From Cyclobacteriaceae bacterium (GTDB lineage Bacteria > Bacteroidota > Bacteroidia > Cytophagales > Cyclobacteriaceae), in the NCBI GenBank assembly GCA_039986395.1, contig JBDWQX010000205.1, positions 201-64,200 on the forward strand: 64,000 nucleotides of DNA, given 5' to 3'. This document shows positions 8,411 to 18,870 of this stretch, piece after piece. Within the stretch, counting starts at the first letter, position 1. Each line of letters begins with the position of its first letter. Below the pieces are notes generated by a model. It ran no database searches. It saw only the letters and a program-made list of their open reading frames with translations, and was not told the DNA's origin. A program made the position numbers and the translations under genes.

Positions 8411-9859
8411 TCATTGCGCTGCCAGCTTTTGAAATAGTTGATCCAAGTCTGAACTCGAACGAAATTTACCATCTTTCACAACCATGCTAATCTTCTTCGT
8501 GTTGTTGATGTCTTCCAGTGGATTGGCATCAAGCAAAACAAGATCAGCTAAGTAGCCTTCATTGATTAATCCCAGCTCATTTTCCATATTGAAATATCGA
8601 GCAGGATTTAGTGTAGCTGCCTCTAAGGCATCCATTGGTGTTAGCCCTGCTTTTACCAAAGTTGCAAGCTCCTCATGCAAACTCAACCCAGGTGTCAGAT
8701 AGAAAATCGGACAATCAGTACCAGCCATAATGTCAATTTCTGCATCGTTGACCTTCTTAATCATTTTCATCATCCATTTGGGGTGCTTTAGCCTACTTTC
8801 AGGAATAGTCATCTCTGATAATATCGATGCGCCTTCCATCCAGCTTTCTGCTATAGCAGTAGGTAAATATTTAAAACTCTCCGTGAAATCTTCGCGAGCA
8901 AAATGTCTATTCAAAGAACCAGTAGATAGTGCGATTGTGGGAATTTGCCACGTCTCATTTTCGGCAAGCACAGCCAACACATTGTTTGCTGTTTCCTCAT
9001 CATAATTGTCCACAGCTTCTGACCTTTGCGCTGCATGAATACTTGATCTCAAGATTCCGCCGATCTCTTTTTTGCCATCAAACAGCATCTGCTTTCTTTT
9101 CTCCAACAGCTCTTCCCAGTTGCTAGCACAGGACATCTCAAGGTTCCGCATGTGCTCCATGCTATTTAGCCCCGCGTTGGACGCGGAACTCACATCCATA
9201 CTTAGTGGAACGTGTCCTGTCACCTTCAATCCTTTTTCTCTAGCTCTTTGCGTAACCGCTGTAAATTGCTCCGGGGTCAACATTTCATATGCCTTAATCA
9301 AATCAACTCCGACACTATCAAACATATCAACCAATGCAATGGCATCGTCAACACCATCTGCACCCAGTGACAACGGCGGTCGGCTTGGGTCGCTTCCGTC
9401 ATATACGTTTGGCGAGCCGTCCAATAGTGGGCCGGCAATCATCACTCTAGGGGCATCTTTCGGTGCAGCCACCGCTCGATTTTTCCAATCTTTCACAAAA
9501 TCAAGCTTTCCTCCGGTATCCCTAACGCTCGTAATCCCATATGCCAGGAATAGATCAAACATGGATGGAGCTAGTTCTTCGATGTACGCAAAGTGCACAT
9601 GAGCATCCCATAAACCAGGAATAAGGTATTTTCCTGTTCCGTCGATGATTTGATTTGAAGGTGCCAGATTAAAGTTTTCGGCCTTTGCCACCTTCACTAT
9701 TCGATTGTCTTTCACAATGACCGTCATGCCGTCTTGCTGGCCGCTCTGAGCATCGATAGTAGTTACGTTGGTAATGCAAAAGGCATCTTCATACACTTCT
9801 TGCTTCGGTGAACAAGAAATAATGAGTACCAGCGACAAGGTTAGGATTGAGGTTTTCAT
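8411..9859 (-). CDS. amidohydrolase-family metallo-hydrolase (lipoprotein)
   Basis: 482 aa with a lipoprotein signal (LVLIISC). It has the HxH metal motif (LWDAHVHF) and the C-terminal ADLVLLDANPLEDI motif typical of the amidohydrolase superfamily. Confidence 0.85.
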   Translation of the reverse strand: MKTSILTLSLVLIISCSPKQEVYEDAFCITNVTTIDAQSGQQDGMTVIVKDNRIVKVAKAENFNLAPSNQIIDGTGKYLIPGLWDAHVHFAYIEELAPSMFDLFLAYGITSVRDTGGKLDFVKDWKNRAVAAPKDAPRVMIAGPLLDGSPNVYDGSDPSRPPLSLGADGVDDAIALVDMFDSVGVDLIKAYEMLTPEQFTAVTQRAREKGLKVTGHVPLSMDVSSASNAGLNSMEHMRNLEMSCASNWEELLEKRKQMLFDGKKEIGGILRSSIHAAQRSEAVDNYDEETANNVLAVLAENETWQIPTIALSTGSLNRHFAREDFTESFKYLPTAIAESWMEGASILSEMTIPESRLKHPKWMMKMIKKVNDAEIDIMAGTDCPIFYLTPGLSLHEELATLVKAGLTPMDALEAATLNPARYFNMENELGLINEGYLADLVLLDANPLEDINNTKKISMVVKDGKFRSSSDLDQLFQKLAAQ

Positions 9860-10066
9860 ATTTGGTTATGTTAGGTAGGGCAAAATAAAGAAACTAGTCA
9901 AAAACTCAATCACCGTCTTTGTAATCGGTTTAGCTAAAAATAACAAAGTAGTGAAATGTAATAGCGAGTCTTTGTAGCAAAACAATCCAACGCCGAGAAA
10001 TTGATAGGATTGAGGCTGTCGATCAGAGCAAGGGTTACTAACAGAAGTTCAATCCGTCTAAGTAGA

Positions 10067-11140
10067 TTACCCTATTTCCACTTTTACGTGTGCAGACAAT
10101 GGCTTACCAACACATGTGAGGACGTACCCTTCATCTAATTCATCCTGAGAAAGTCCCTCTGCTTCGTCTGTACTTATTTCACCTTCCAGACATTTCCCTC
10201 TACAAGCTGTGCAAAGTCCACTTTGGCAAGAGTACGGCATATCCAAATCTGCTTTTAGAGCAGAATCCAATATAGCAGCTCCTTTTTTCACAGTCACGCT
10301 GTGCTCCTCACCGTCAAGTAGGATTGTAACATCACTATCTCCACCTTCCTCCTTGACGATGATTTCTTTCGGCGAGGTTTTGCCTGCTTCAAAACTTTCC
10401 ATTCGAACTTGATCATCTGGATAGCCAGCTTTTTCAAGACCAGAAAAAGTCACATCCATCATAGGCTGAGGACCGCAGATGTAGAATTCCGTCTGACCAC
10501 TACATTGAGCATCAGTGCAAATTTTCGAGATAATTTCATCAGTTAATCTTCCTGAGTAGTCTGCTTCACCATTTTCCAACACATGCACTGCTTGAAATCT
10601 TTCAGCATGGCTTTCTGCGAGTTGATTGATCAAGTCTTTGAAAATGATATATTCGTCACTTCGGTTGGCGTATACCAACGTGGCCCTAGAATCTGGTTCT
10701 TTGAGCAGAAGTGACCGAACAATAGAAATCAGAGGTGTAATTCCACTGCCCCCACCAAAAAAGACGGCATTCCTGCTCTTAGATGCATCGTACTCTGTGG
10801 TAAACATGCCCATCGGCTCCATGACCTGTAACACGTCTCCAGCCTTGATCTCCTCATTGAGAAAGTTGGACATGGCCCCATCTGGCACCCGTTTAACAGT
10901 CACCGCCGGATGATCATCCTCGAAGGGAGTAGTACATAGCGAGTATGCTCTTCTAATCTTTTTCCCTTTTACCTCAGAAATTATCGTGATGAATTGACCA
11001 GGTTGGTATTCGAACTGATCTGGTTTTTCAAAAACAAGATTTACTGCATCTTTAGCAATATGCACAACCTCTTTTACCGTCAGATTGAGATACCTATCGT
11101 CTTTATTTTCTTTCTTTTTCTTGAATAATCCGAACGCCAT
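10067..11140 (-). CDS. ferredoxin-NAD(P) reductase-type flavoprotein with C-terminal plant-type [2Fe-2S] domain (PaaE/PaaK-like)
   Basis: Has the RAYSL FAD motif, the GGGSGITP NAD motif and the C-terminal CQSGLCTAC...LTC cluster cysteines. I chose ATG 11140 (MAFGLFKKKK...) over the track's TTG at 11179. Confidence 0.85.
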   Translation of the reverse strand: MAFGLFKKKKENKDDRYLNLTVKEVVHIAKDAVNLVFEKPDQFEYQPGQFITIISEVKGKKIRRAYSLCTTPFEDDHPAVTVKRVPDGAMSNFLNEEIKAGDVLQVMEPMGMFTTEYDASKSRNAVFFGGGSGITPLISIVRSLLLKEPDSRATLVYANRSDEYIIFKDLINQLAESHAERFQAVHVLENGEADYSGRLTDEIISKICTDAQCSGQTEFYICGPQPMMDVTFSGLEKAGYPDDQVRMESFEAGKTSPKEIIVKEEGGDSDVTILLDGEEHSVTVKKGAAILDSALKADLDMPYSCQSGLCTACRGKCLEGEISTDEAEGLSQDELDEGYVLTCVGKPLSAHVKVEIG

Positions 11141-11274
11141 ATTTAGATTTTTTGCGGCGCAAAGGTAATTCTCGCCCAATCGCCAACCAAGTAAACTTGA
11201 CTACAGTAAATTCTAGTTCCGTGCCTGTGTTTCCAACAACAAAATCTTCCTTTCATCAAGTAAACAGGATAAGG

Positions 11275-11282
11275 TAATTTTG
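11275..11282 (+). promoter_or_regulatory. candidate Bacteroidetes -7 promoter box (TAATTTTG = TAnnTTTG)
   Basis: Exact match to the TAnnTTTG consensus, 26 nt upstream of the purB ATG. No convincing -33 TTTG was seen. Confidence 0.35.
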
Positions 11283-11307
11283 CGTTCTCATTTTCAACAA
11301 AAATTGC

Positions 11308-12651
11308 ATGAATTTCAATCCTCTGGAAGGCATTTCCCCGATCGATGGCAGATACAGAGATAAGGTCTCTTCTTTATCTTCCTATTTCTCTGAAAAAGCG
11401 CTTATTCAGTACCGTGTCAAAGTTGAAATCCTATATTTCATTGCTCTCTCGGAATCGGGTATTCCGCAACTTTCCAAATACGATTCCTCTCTGAATTCCA
11501 CCCTGAAGAAAATCTATGAAGATTTTTCATTGGAAGATGCAGAAGCAATTAAAGCCATTGAAAAAACAACAAATCACGATGTGAAAGCTGTTGAGTATTT
11601 TATCAAAGAGAAATTTGATGCGCTCGGATTATCTGAATTTAAGGAGTTTATTCACTTCGGTTTGACCTCGCAAGATATCAACAACACTGCAATTCCATTG
11701 TCTCTCAAAGATGGAATGCTTGAGGTGTTCAGGCCAATGCTCGATCAGTTAATCAAAAGTCTTGGAAGTCTCTCTGAAAAATGGAGTGAAATTCCAATGT
11801 TGGCAAAGACGCATGGCCAGCCAGCCTCCCCCACCCGATTGGGCAAGGAGATTCAGGTTTTCGTTTCCAGGCTAAACGAACAAGCAGAAATGCTGGACAA
11901 AGTTCCTTTTGGTGCGAAATTTGGAGGGGCCACGGGGAATTTCAATGCCCATACTGTTGCGTATCCAGCCACTGACTGGCATGCCTTCGGAGATGCATTT
12001 GTTAGCGAATACCTAGGCCTTAAGAGAAGTTATCCAACTACTCAAATTGAGCACTACGATCATTTGGCAGCTCTTTTCGATGCTATCAAACGAATCAATA
12101 CCATCTTAATTGATTTGAGCCGAGATATCTGGCAGTACATTTCCATGAATTACTTTACTCAGACCATTGCCAAAAATGAAGTTGGATCCTCAGCAATGCC
12201 TCACAAAGTCAATCCGATTGATTTCGAAAATGCTGAAGGAAATTTTGGTATTGCCAATGCCATTTGTGAGCATCTGAGTGCTAAGCTACCTATCTCGCGA
12301 TTGCAAAGAGATCTTACAGACTCCACTGTCCTGCGAAACATTGGTGTGCCAATTGCACACTCGCTATTAGCCATGCTCTCCCTTGAAAAGGGCCTGTCGA
12401 AGATCAACGTAAACGAGGAAGCTATCAACGCTGATCTTGATGCCAATTGGGCTGTAGTGGCAGAAGCAATCCAAACAGTTCTGCGAAGGGAAGGGTATCC
12501 CAAGCCGTACGAGGCACTAAAGTCATTGACAAGAACAAACGAAGAAATCAATGAATCTGCCATCAAGTCGTTCATTCAAAGTCTGAATGTTTCAGACTCC
12601 ATAAAGGACGAGCTGAATCAGATAACCCCGTTTAACTACGTCGGGAAGTAA
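11308..12651 (+). CDS. purB: adenylosuccinate lyase
   Basis: 447 aa with fumarate-lyase superfamily motifs (GSSAMPHKVNPIDFEN) and the typical PurB N-terminus (SPIDGRYRDKV). Confidence 0.95.
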   Translation: MNFNPLEGISPIDGRYRDKVSSLSSYFSEKALIQYRVKVEILYFIALSESGIPQLSKYDSSLNSTLKKIYEDFSLEDAEAIKAIEKTTNHDVKAVEYFIKEKFDALGLSEFKEFIHFGLTSQDINNTAIPLSLKDGMLEVFRPMLDQLIKSLGSLSEKWSEIPMLAKTHGQPASPTRLGKEIQVFVSRLNEQAEMLDKVPFGAKFGGATGNFNAHTVAYPATDWHAFGDAFVSEYLGLKRSYPTTQIEHYDHLAALFDAIKRINTILIDLSRDIWQYISMNYFTQTIAKNEVGSSAMPHKVNPIDFENAEGNFGIANAICEHLSAKLPISRLQRDLTDSTVLRNIGVPIAHSLLAMLSLEKGLSKINVNEEAINADLDANWAVVAEAIQTVLRREGYPKPYEALKSLTRTNEEINESAIKSFIQSLNVSDSIKDELNQITPFNYVGK

Positions 12652-12654
12652 TTC

Positions 12655-13486
12655 TCAATCTGGGACCCTGATTCTCAAAAGCATGGTCTCATTCGTAGTT
12701 GCTTCAAAATCATCTTCTTCTTCCAAAGTGGCCTCCCAGTGGCCTCCTTTGATTTTCACCCAAACTCTATCGTTTACCGAATCCTGCCACCACGTTTCAC
12801 CTTCTGAAATGATGACATCATTCAAGGAAGCAATCTCTGAGTAGACAAGGTAATTAATTCCAGTGCTTTTTCATCATTGTTTAAGGCACTATAAATGGCA
12901 CTTACATTACCGTATAGCCTATATCGATCTTCCTCAAATCCTTCCTTGTAAGCAATGGCCAGACATTCTAGGAAATACTCCAAAGCATTGTTGTAATTAC
13001 CCTGCAGGCCTTCCATTACTGCCATCCCATTACCACCTGGATTGCGGTGCTGTACGCTTCAGCATCCTCAAGGATTTGCCTTGATTCTTCGTAAAAAGGT
13101 TTTGCCTTTTCGAATTGGTTCAATTCATGCCAAATTTTCCCCAGGTACCAATATGAGGTTCCCAGTTCTTTTGGTGAGTTTTGTTTTTCAAAAATTCTTC
13201 TGGCTTTATCGAACAGTTGATATGCTGAATCTCTTTTTCCCTGGTATTTCTGACACATTCCCCTCATGAGAAAATTTTTCCCTTCTTCGATAGGGAATTC
13301 CCCTGGATGCTTTTCTAAAAGTAAAAATCCTTCGCTAGCGAAATAGCATGCGCTATCCCTGTTTATAGCTAGAAAATGCTTTGCTTGTTCATTTAGATCT
13401 GAAACTGACAGTTGGTCCTGTTTCTGGTCAATGGAGTAGGCTGCACTCAGGACAACTACACATAGTTGGGCAATTAGGTAGTTCAT
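12655..13486 (-). pseudogene. tetratricopeptide-repeat protein gene disrupted by two frameshifts
   Basis: Three consecutive reverse-strand reading frames each overlap by about 10-20 nt. The first is 13486-13016 (signal peptide plus TPR-like repeats). The second is 13025-12822 (TPR-like: GNYNNALEYFLECLAIAY...). The third is ~12840-12655 and has no start codon (...LVYSEIASLNDVIISEGETWWQDS...RIRVPD*). Confidence 0.5.
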
Positions 13487-13605
13487 ATAGCTTAGATTTT
13501 AGTGGCAAGTGCCAAGCTAGAATACGCTGCAAGTTATACTCTAATTTATCAGAACGAACTTGCGGCCGTCTACAAAGTGTCTACCAAGTTCTGAAGAAAT
13601 GCCTC

Positions 13606-14529
13606 CTAATTTACTCCCGCCAGAAGATAAAGAACTGCCATACGGATGGCCACACCATTCTCAACTTGATCCAGAATGATGGAATGTTCGGAGTCAGCCA
13701 CATCACTTGTGATCTCAATTCCCCTGTTGATGGGTCCAGGATGCATAATCGTGATTTCCTTATTCAGCGAATCCAAAAGCTGCTTGTTTACGCCAAAATA
13801 TTGTGCATATTCTCTCAGGGACGGAAAGTAGCTTGCCTGCTGACGCTCTAATTGAATGCGCAAGATATTTGCCACATCGCACCATTCAAGTGCTTTTCTA
13901 ATATCGGTCTCTACGGCTACACCAAGCTCCGCAATGTGCTTAGGCAACAACGTAGCAGGACCACACACCATGACCTTAGCACCAAGTGTTTGTAGCGCAA
14001 AAATGTTTGAAAGTGCCACTCGAGAATGAAGAATATCTCCAACAATTACCACCTTTTTCCCTTTCACATTGCCTGTCCTTTCCTGGATGGAAAAAGTATC
14101 AAGCAATGCCTGCGTTGGATGTTCATGAGTGCCATCACCAGCATTAATGATGTTGGCGTCAATATGCTTAGAGAGAAAATGTGGTGCTCCTGGACTGGAA
14201 TGGCGCATTACCACCATGTCTACTTTCATTGCCAAAATGTTGTTGACGGTATCCAGCAATGTTTCTCCTTTTTTCACTGAGCTTCCAGACGCAGAAAAAT
14301 TTATCACGTCAGCCGATAGACGCTTTTCAGCTAGTTCGAATGAGAGTTTTGTTCTGGTAGAGTTTTCAAAGAAGACATTAGCAATGGTTACATCGCGAAG
14401 GGAGGGAACCTTCTTTATTGGACGGTTTATGACTTCTTTGAAATTGGCTGCTGTCTGAAAAATGAGCTCGATATCCTCTCTGTCGAGATTCTTGATACCA
14501 AGTAGGTGTTTCGTTTTTAATTGACTCAT
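13606..14529 (-). CDS. pyrB: aspartate carbamoyltransferase catalytic subunit
   Basis: 307 aa with the STRTR-type motif (FFENSTRTKLSFELA), HPTQALLD and the carbamoyl-phosphate/aspartate binding pattern. Confidence 0.95.
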   Translation of the reverse strand: MSQLKTKHLLGIKNLDREDIELIFQTAANFKEVINRPIKKVPSLRDVTIANVFFENSTRTKLSFELAEKRLSADVINFSASGSSVKKGETLLDTVNNILAMKVDMVVMRHSSPGAPHFLSKHIDANIINAGDGTHEHPTQALLDTFSIQERTGNVKGKKVVIVGDILHSRVALSNIFALQTLGAKVMVCGPATLLPKHIAELGVAVETDIRKALEWCDVANILRIQLERQQASYFPSLREYAQYFGVNKQLLDSLNKEITIMHPGPINRGIEITSDVADSEHSIILDQVENGVAIRMAVLYLLAGVN

Positions 14530-15071
14530 TCGTCCTTATTAATTAGCCAAATATTATCCTTCTTATTCCCTTGTTCCCTTAGTTCTACCAATACTTTTTG
14601 AGATTGAATGGTATTCACTTTCCTACCAATGTAATTTGCCTGTATGGGAATATGTCGACTGTAAAGTCGATCAATCAGTACTAGTAACTCCACCTTTGAT
14701 GGACGTCCGAAGGTATTGATGGCATCCAATGCGGCCCGAACACTTCTGCCAGTGAAAAGTACATCGTCAACCAGAATCACATTTTGGCCTTCGATTGGGA
14801 AAGGGATTTTGGTCTGACTTGCCTCAAGCAATTCATCTCTTCGCCTGAAATCGTCACGGTGAAAAGTAGTGTCTAGTAAACCCAGTTGCACATCCGATAA
14901 ACCAAGGTTCTCCAGTTCTTTTTTTATCCGCTCAGCAAGGAAAATACCGCGTGGCTGCATTCCCATAATAACGGAATGAGAAAAATCTTCATGAACTTCA
15001 ATGAGTTGCTGGCACAATCGACTGATAGTGACCTTAAGGAGTTGACTGTCGAAAAGCAGGCGCTTTTGCAT
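14526..15071 (-). CDS. pyrR: bifunctional pyr operon regulator / uracil phosphoribosyltransferase PyrR
   Basis: 181 aa with the PRPP-binding loop VILVDDVLFTGRSVRAAL. It has a 4-nt ATGA overlap with pyrB. Confidence 0.9.
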   Translation of the reverse strand: MQKRLLFDSQLLKVTISRLCQQLIEVHEDFSHSVIMGMQPRGIFLAERIKKELENLGLSDVQLGLLDTTFHRDDFRRRDELLEASQTKIPFPIEGQNVILVDDVLFTGRSVRAALDAINTFGRPSKVELLVLIDRLYSRHIPIQANYIGRKVNTIQSQKVLVELREQGNKKDNIWLINKDE

Positions 15072-15104
15072 GATAAAACTTCACGCAAAAATAAGTGTTA
15101 TGAT

Positions 15105-16682
15105 TCAATTGACTTCTCTATTTAAATCAAATTGGATTTTATTCAAATAGAAGACCTTACGATAAACTTTGCCTGCCACGCCATTTTCATTCTTAATGTT
15201 CTGGACGCCGTAAGCATACATGGTATCACCGTACCATTTTTCAATACCTTCCACTTGAGGATCTTTGCTCTTCAGTTCATCTGTCTCAAAAGATAATCTC
15301 ACAGGATTAAAGGTTCTTCCCTCCACAATTTCATCTCCATCTACGACCTTTGACCTTATTTCATTTTCTTCCAGATATGTGAGAACGATCTTATTTCCTG
15401 CACCAGAAACCATCACGTTTTCATCAAGAGAAAAGCTTTGCTTATCCTCAATTTTAAATGTGTGATCCCAAATAATATTGCAATTCACATCGAATCCTAT
15501 CACTACAGCGTGCGTGTACTTGTATCCCAAAAAATCTGGATTGAACGACTGATTTCCTCTCCCGCTATTGTTGTTTCCAAATCCACCGAAAGAGGTTGGT
15601 CTAAAGGAAGTACCCGTACTTCCGTAATTGTATCGAGGATAATAGGCTTCGGCAATCATCACATAGTGATCTCTCCTTTTCAAAATCTTATGGACTAGCA
15701 AACGATAATTGAACTTTTTCACTTTGCCTTTTTCACGCTTCCTCTCGATTCGACCTTTTATTCGGTTTTCTCTCTTTGGCTTCATATGATTGAAAAAATT
15801 ATTTAAGTCTGCAAAGGCATAGTACTGATTTAGTTGCTGCGTACCGTTGATGAATTTGCTTAGATAAAACCCCTGACTGTAGAGTGGTGATTTTTTCGAA
15901 TGTGTTCCTGCCAAGTATTGGAGGCCATTTGCAAACGTGGTGCTTGCACCATCTAACAAACTTTTCTTTTCTCCCGGATCGAGTAGATTATCCTGAACCA
16001 AATCTCCTTTCTCAGTAAAGGTTTTTACTCTCACAGTAGATTTCTTGTTTCTCATTCTCTCCGAAAGGATGACAGTAAAGAATTTTGATCTTTTATCTAC
16101 AACAATATCCAGCATATCATTTTTACTATCATAAAATCCTGGTACTACGCGGGGTTTTTTATCGTGAATATTATACGTAATCACCACGGGCCTGAAATTC
16201 GCGTATCCCCCGATTAGAAGCGTCTCTCCCACTGACTCAAAATGAGAAATATTTACTGGAAATACAGTTGTGATTTCATACACAGCATTCGTCTCGGAAT
16301 CTGCATTTAACTCCAGCACGACTAATTCCTGACTGCGAAACCTGCTCTTATTAAACAGCAGGTAGAATTTACCACCGAAATAATCGTAGCCTAGGAGATT
16401 TCCTTCAGCGGGAGCCTCCTCTTCACGTGACCATACCAGATTGAATGCCGTATCGACCAGGTGCAATTTCCAAGTTCCGGACCCACCTCCCTCAGTCTCT
16501 TCCACCACCAGAAGTCCATCTTCGTCCCCTGGAACTACATAAAATTCTGATCTATCCCTGGTAAGCTCAAACTCGATACGGTTTGGCTGGCTAATTATGC
16601 TACTTGTATCCTTCTGTTTTCTCTTCTTTTGAGAGAACACAATGACTGGGAGTAGCAACAACAGAAGTAGAAAAATTCTCAT
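15105..16682 (-). CDS. hypothetical secreted protein
   Basis: 525 aa with a signal peptide (MRIFLLLLLLLPVIVFSQ) and a central Lys/Arg-rich segment. I recognise no family. Confidence 0.7.
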   Translation of the reverse strand: MRIFLLLLLLLPVIVFSQKKRKQKDTSSIISQPNRIEFELTRDRSEFYVVPGDEDGLLVVEETEGGGSGTWKLHLVDTAFNLVWSREEEAPAEGNLLGYDYFGGKFYLLFNKSRFRSQELVVLELNADSETNAVYEITTVFPVNISHFESVGETLLIGGYANFRPVVITYNIHDKKPRVVPGFYDSKNDMLDIVVDKRSKFFTVILSERMRNKKSTVRVKTFTEKGDLVQDNLLDPGEKKSLLDGASTTFANGLQYLAGTHSKKSPLYSQGFYLSKFINGTQQLNQYYAFADLNNFFNHMKPKRENRIKGRIERKREKGKVKKFNYRLLVHKILKRRDHYVMIAEAYYPRYNYGSTGTSFRPTSFGGFGNNNSGRGNQSFNPDFLGYKYTHAVVIGFDVNCNIIWDHTFKIEDKQSFSLDENVMVSGAGNKIVLTYLEENEIRSKVVDGDEIVEGRTFNPVRLSFETDELKSKDPQVEGIEKWYGDTMYAYGVQNIKNENGVAGKVYRKVFYLNKIQFDLNREVN

Positions 16683-16715
16683 AGTATATGATTAACAATG
16701 ATAAATGCTGTATCC

Positions 16716-17123
16716 CTAACGCTCACTTAGCTCCAAAATAATCCCATACTCCTCCTCCGTGACAGGCTGCACAGATAACCGTGAATGGGTAACAAGCTTC
16801 ATCCGATCCAGCCGCCCATCGGCTTTTACCTCTGCAAGCGTGACCGGTCTTTTTAGTTTTCTGACTGGGACTACGTCCATCACGTACCATCGATGATCGT
16901 CGGTGGTTGGATCAGGATAGTATTCTTTCACAACTTCTGCCAATCCTACAACGGATTTCTCAGATACAGAGTGGTAGAAAAGGCAAATATCTCCAACCTT
17001 CATCGCCTTGATATTGTTTCTGGCTTTGAAATTTCTAACACCATCCCAATGGTCTCTACCAAGCTTTACAAAATCATCCCAAGAGTACGTCCCAGGTTCA
17101 CTCTTTATCAACCAGTAATTCAT
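16716..17123 (-). CDS. EVE (PUA-like) domain protein
   Basis: 135 aa. MNYWLIKSEPGTYSWDDF...HWDGVRNFKARNNIKAMKVGDICLFYHS is the canonical EVE-domain N-terminus. Confidence 0.85.
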   Translation of the reverse strand: MNYWLIKSEPGTYSWDDFVKLGRDHWDGVRNFKARNNIKAMKVGDICLFYHSVSEKSVVGLAEVVKEYYPDPTTDDHRWYVMDVVPVRKLKRPVTLAEVKADGRLDRMKLVTHSRLSVQPVTEEEYGIILELSER

Positions 17124-17212
17124 GATTTATTGATTTGATATTTAAAACTAACCAAAATGCCAGTTGTTTCTACTTTTACCCTGCCTGAAACAAAACGGGA
17201 AAAAGCGGCATT

Positions 17213-18214
17213 ATGAAGATCCTCGTTGTTCAATTTTCTTCCCTCAGTGAGATCATTCTTACTACACCAGTAGTTCGAGTGCTAAAAAGTGACCTTCAAC
17301 ATACGGTTCACTTCGTGACTAAGAAAGATTATTTCAGTAGTCTTGAAGCAAATCCCTATCTAGACAAAATTCACCTCCTCGATGTTTCCATGTCGCAAGT
17401 AGTCAACGAACTACGTAACGAGAAGTTTGACTACATCGTTGATCTCCAAAATAATTTCCAGACGCGTGTTCTCAAAATTCGAATAGGTGGGAAAAACCTG
17501 TCGTTCAACCGGTTAAAATTTAAGCATTGGCTTTTAGTAAACTTCAAATTGAATTTACTACCAAATACCCACGTGGTAGAACGCTATATCGAGATGATCA
17601 AACCTCTAGGTGCAAAAATGGATAGCCTTGGGCTGGATTACTTTATACCAGAAAAAGACGAGGTGGAAGAAAACTGGTTACCAGCTACGCACACAAATGG
17701 ATATACGGTCTTTGCTATTGGAGGTGAGTATAAAACGAACAGGCTGCCAGTGAAACGAATGATCGAATTATGCGATCGAATAAACAAACCGATAGTTCTC
17801 TTGGGAGGAAAAGAAGACATCTCAGTAGCCAAAGAAATTGAGGACTTTTTCAAACCAGGATCAGAAAAAGAAGAAATGGAGATCGAAGATTTAAATAAGA
17901 GGACGGTCATCTTCAATGCATGTGCAAAATTTTCAATCAACCAATCAGCCTCGGTGATCTCAAAGGCAAATTGGGTCTTCACTCACGACGATACGATGAT
18001 GCACATCGCTGCGGCTTTTAAGAAACCGATCTACTCCATATGGGGTAACACGATGCCTACTTTCGGGAAATATCCTTATCGGACACAATTCACGATCTTC
18101 GAAAATAACAAAATTCAATGTCGACCATGCAGCACATCTGGATTCAAAAAGTGTCCTAAAGGACATTTCAAATGTATGAATGAACTCGTTTTTGACTTCT
18201 ATCTTCCAGACTAG
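17213..18214 (+). CDS. glycosyltransferase family 9 (heptosyltransferase-like)
   Basis: 333 aa. MKILVVQFSSLSEIILTTPVVRVLK and the C-terminal ...VFTHDDTMMHIAAAFKKPIYSIWG are typical of GT9. Confidence 0.8.
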   Translation: MKILVVQFSSLSEIILTTPVVRVLKSDLQHTVHFVTKKDYFSSLEANPYLDKIHLLDVSMSQVVNELRNEKFDYIVDLQNNFQTRVLKIRIGGKNLSFNRLKFKHWLLVNFKLNLLPNTHVVERYIEMIKPLGAKMDSLGLDYFIPEKDEVEENWLPATHTNGYTVFAIGGEYKTNRLPVKRMIELCDRINKPIVLLGGKEDISVAKEIEDFFKPGSEKEEMEIEDLNKRTVIFNACAKFSINQSASVISKANWVFTHDDTMMHIAAAFKKPIYSIWGNTMPTFGKYPYRTQFTIFENNKIQCRPCSTSGFKKCPKGHFKCMNELVFDFYLPD

Positions 18215-18339
18215 CTGGTGGCACCAGACCCATACATTTCTTAAGCGCAAACTCGTCGTGGATAGACAGCATTCGAAATCTGAATTGATCTATTTATTCT
18301 TTACTTTTCAAGAAAATACCTGAGTCCATTAACCAAGAA

Positions 18340-18825
18340 ATGAAGACCTTATTCCTTGTGCGCCATGCTAAATCCTCCTGGTCATTCAACTTACCAGATC
18401 ACGATCGCCCTTTGGGCAAGCGGGGAAGAAAAGACGTCGCAAAGATTGGTAAGTACTTAGCAGAAATTCACGACACTCCAGAAGTCTATATCTCCAGCAC
18501 GGCTAGTCGAGCGTTTTACACCGCACTATTTATTTGCGATCAACTTGGTGTGGATGAGGGAAACATCGTTTTAAGCAAAGATCTTTTCCATGCTGGGTCA
18601 AATGAAATTCTTCACGTGATTCAGTCAGCTCCTAGCTGCGATAGATTGGCCGTTTTTGGTCACAATCCCGGTTTTACAGACTGCGCAAACAAATTAGCAA
18701 ACACCCATATCGACAATGTTCCCACCTGTGGCGTAGTAGGAATTTCATTTGACGTTTCGAGCTGGAAAGAGGTAGATTTTGGAAACGGAAAGCAAGCGTT
18801 TTTCTATACTCCAAAGGGGATTTAA
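18340..18825 (+). CDS. histidine phosphatase family protein (SixA-like)
   Basis: 161 aa with the RHAKS catalytic motif (LFLVRHAKSSW) and the downstream GHNPG motif. Confidence 0.85.
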   Translation: MKTLFLVRHAKSSWSFNLPDHDRPLGKRGRKDVAKIGKYLAEIHDTPEVYISSTASRAFYTALFICDQLGVDEGNIVLSKDLFHAGSNEILHVIQSAPSCDRLAVFGHNPGFTDCANKLANTHIDNVPTCGVVGISFDVSSWKEVDFGNGKQAFFYTPKGI

Positions 18826-18870
18826 TGATAGCTGTGTCTCGAAGTAATGCTCGGGATTGATTGTAGATCT

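Noticed and set aside
11141-11307. Looked for riboswitch or leader structures upstream of purB, pyrR and aspS.
   Set aside because: I could recognise no conserved riboswitch core or PyrR-binding hairpin by eye. Only a -7 box match upstream of purB was kept.
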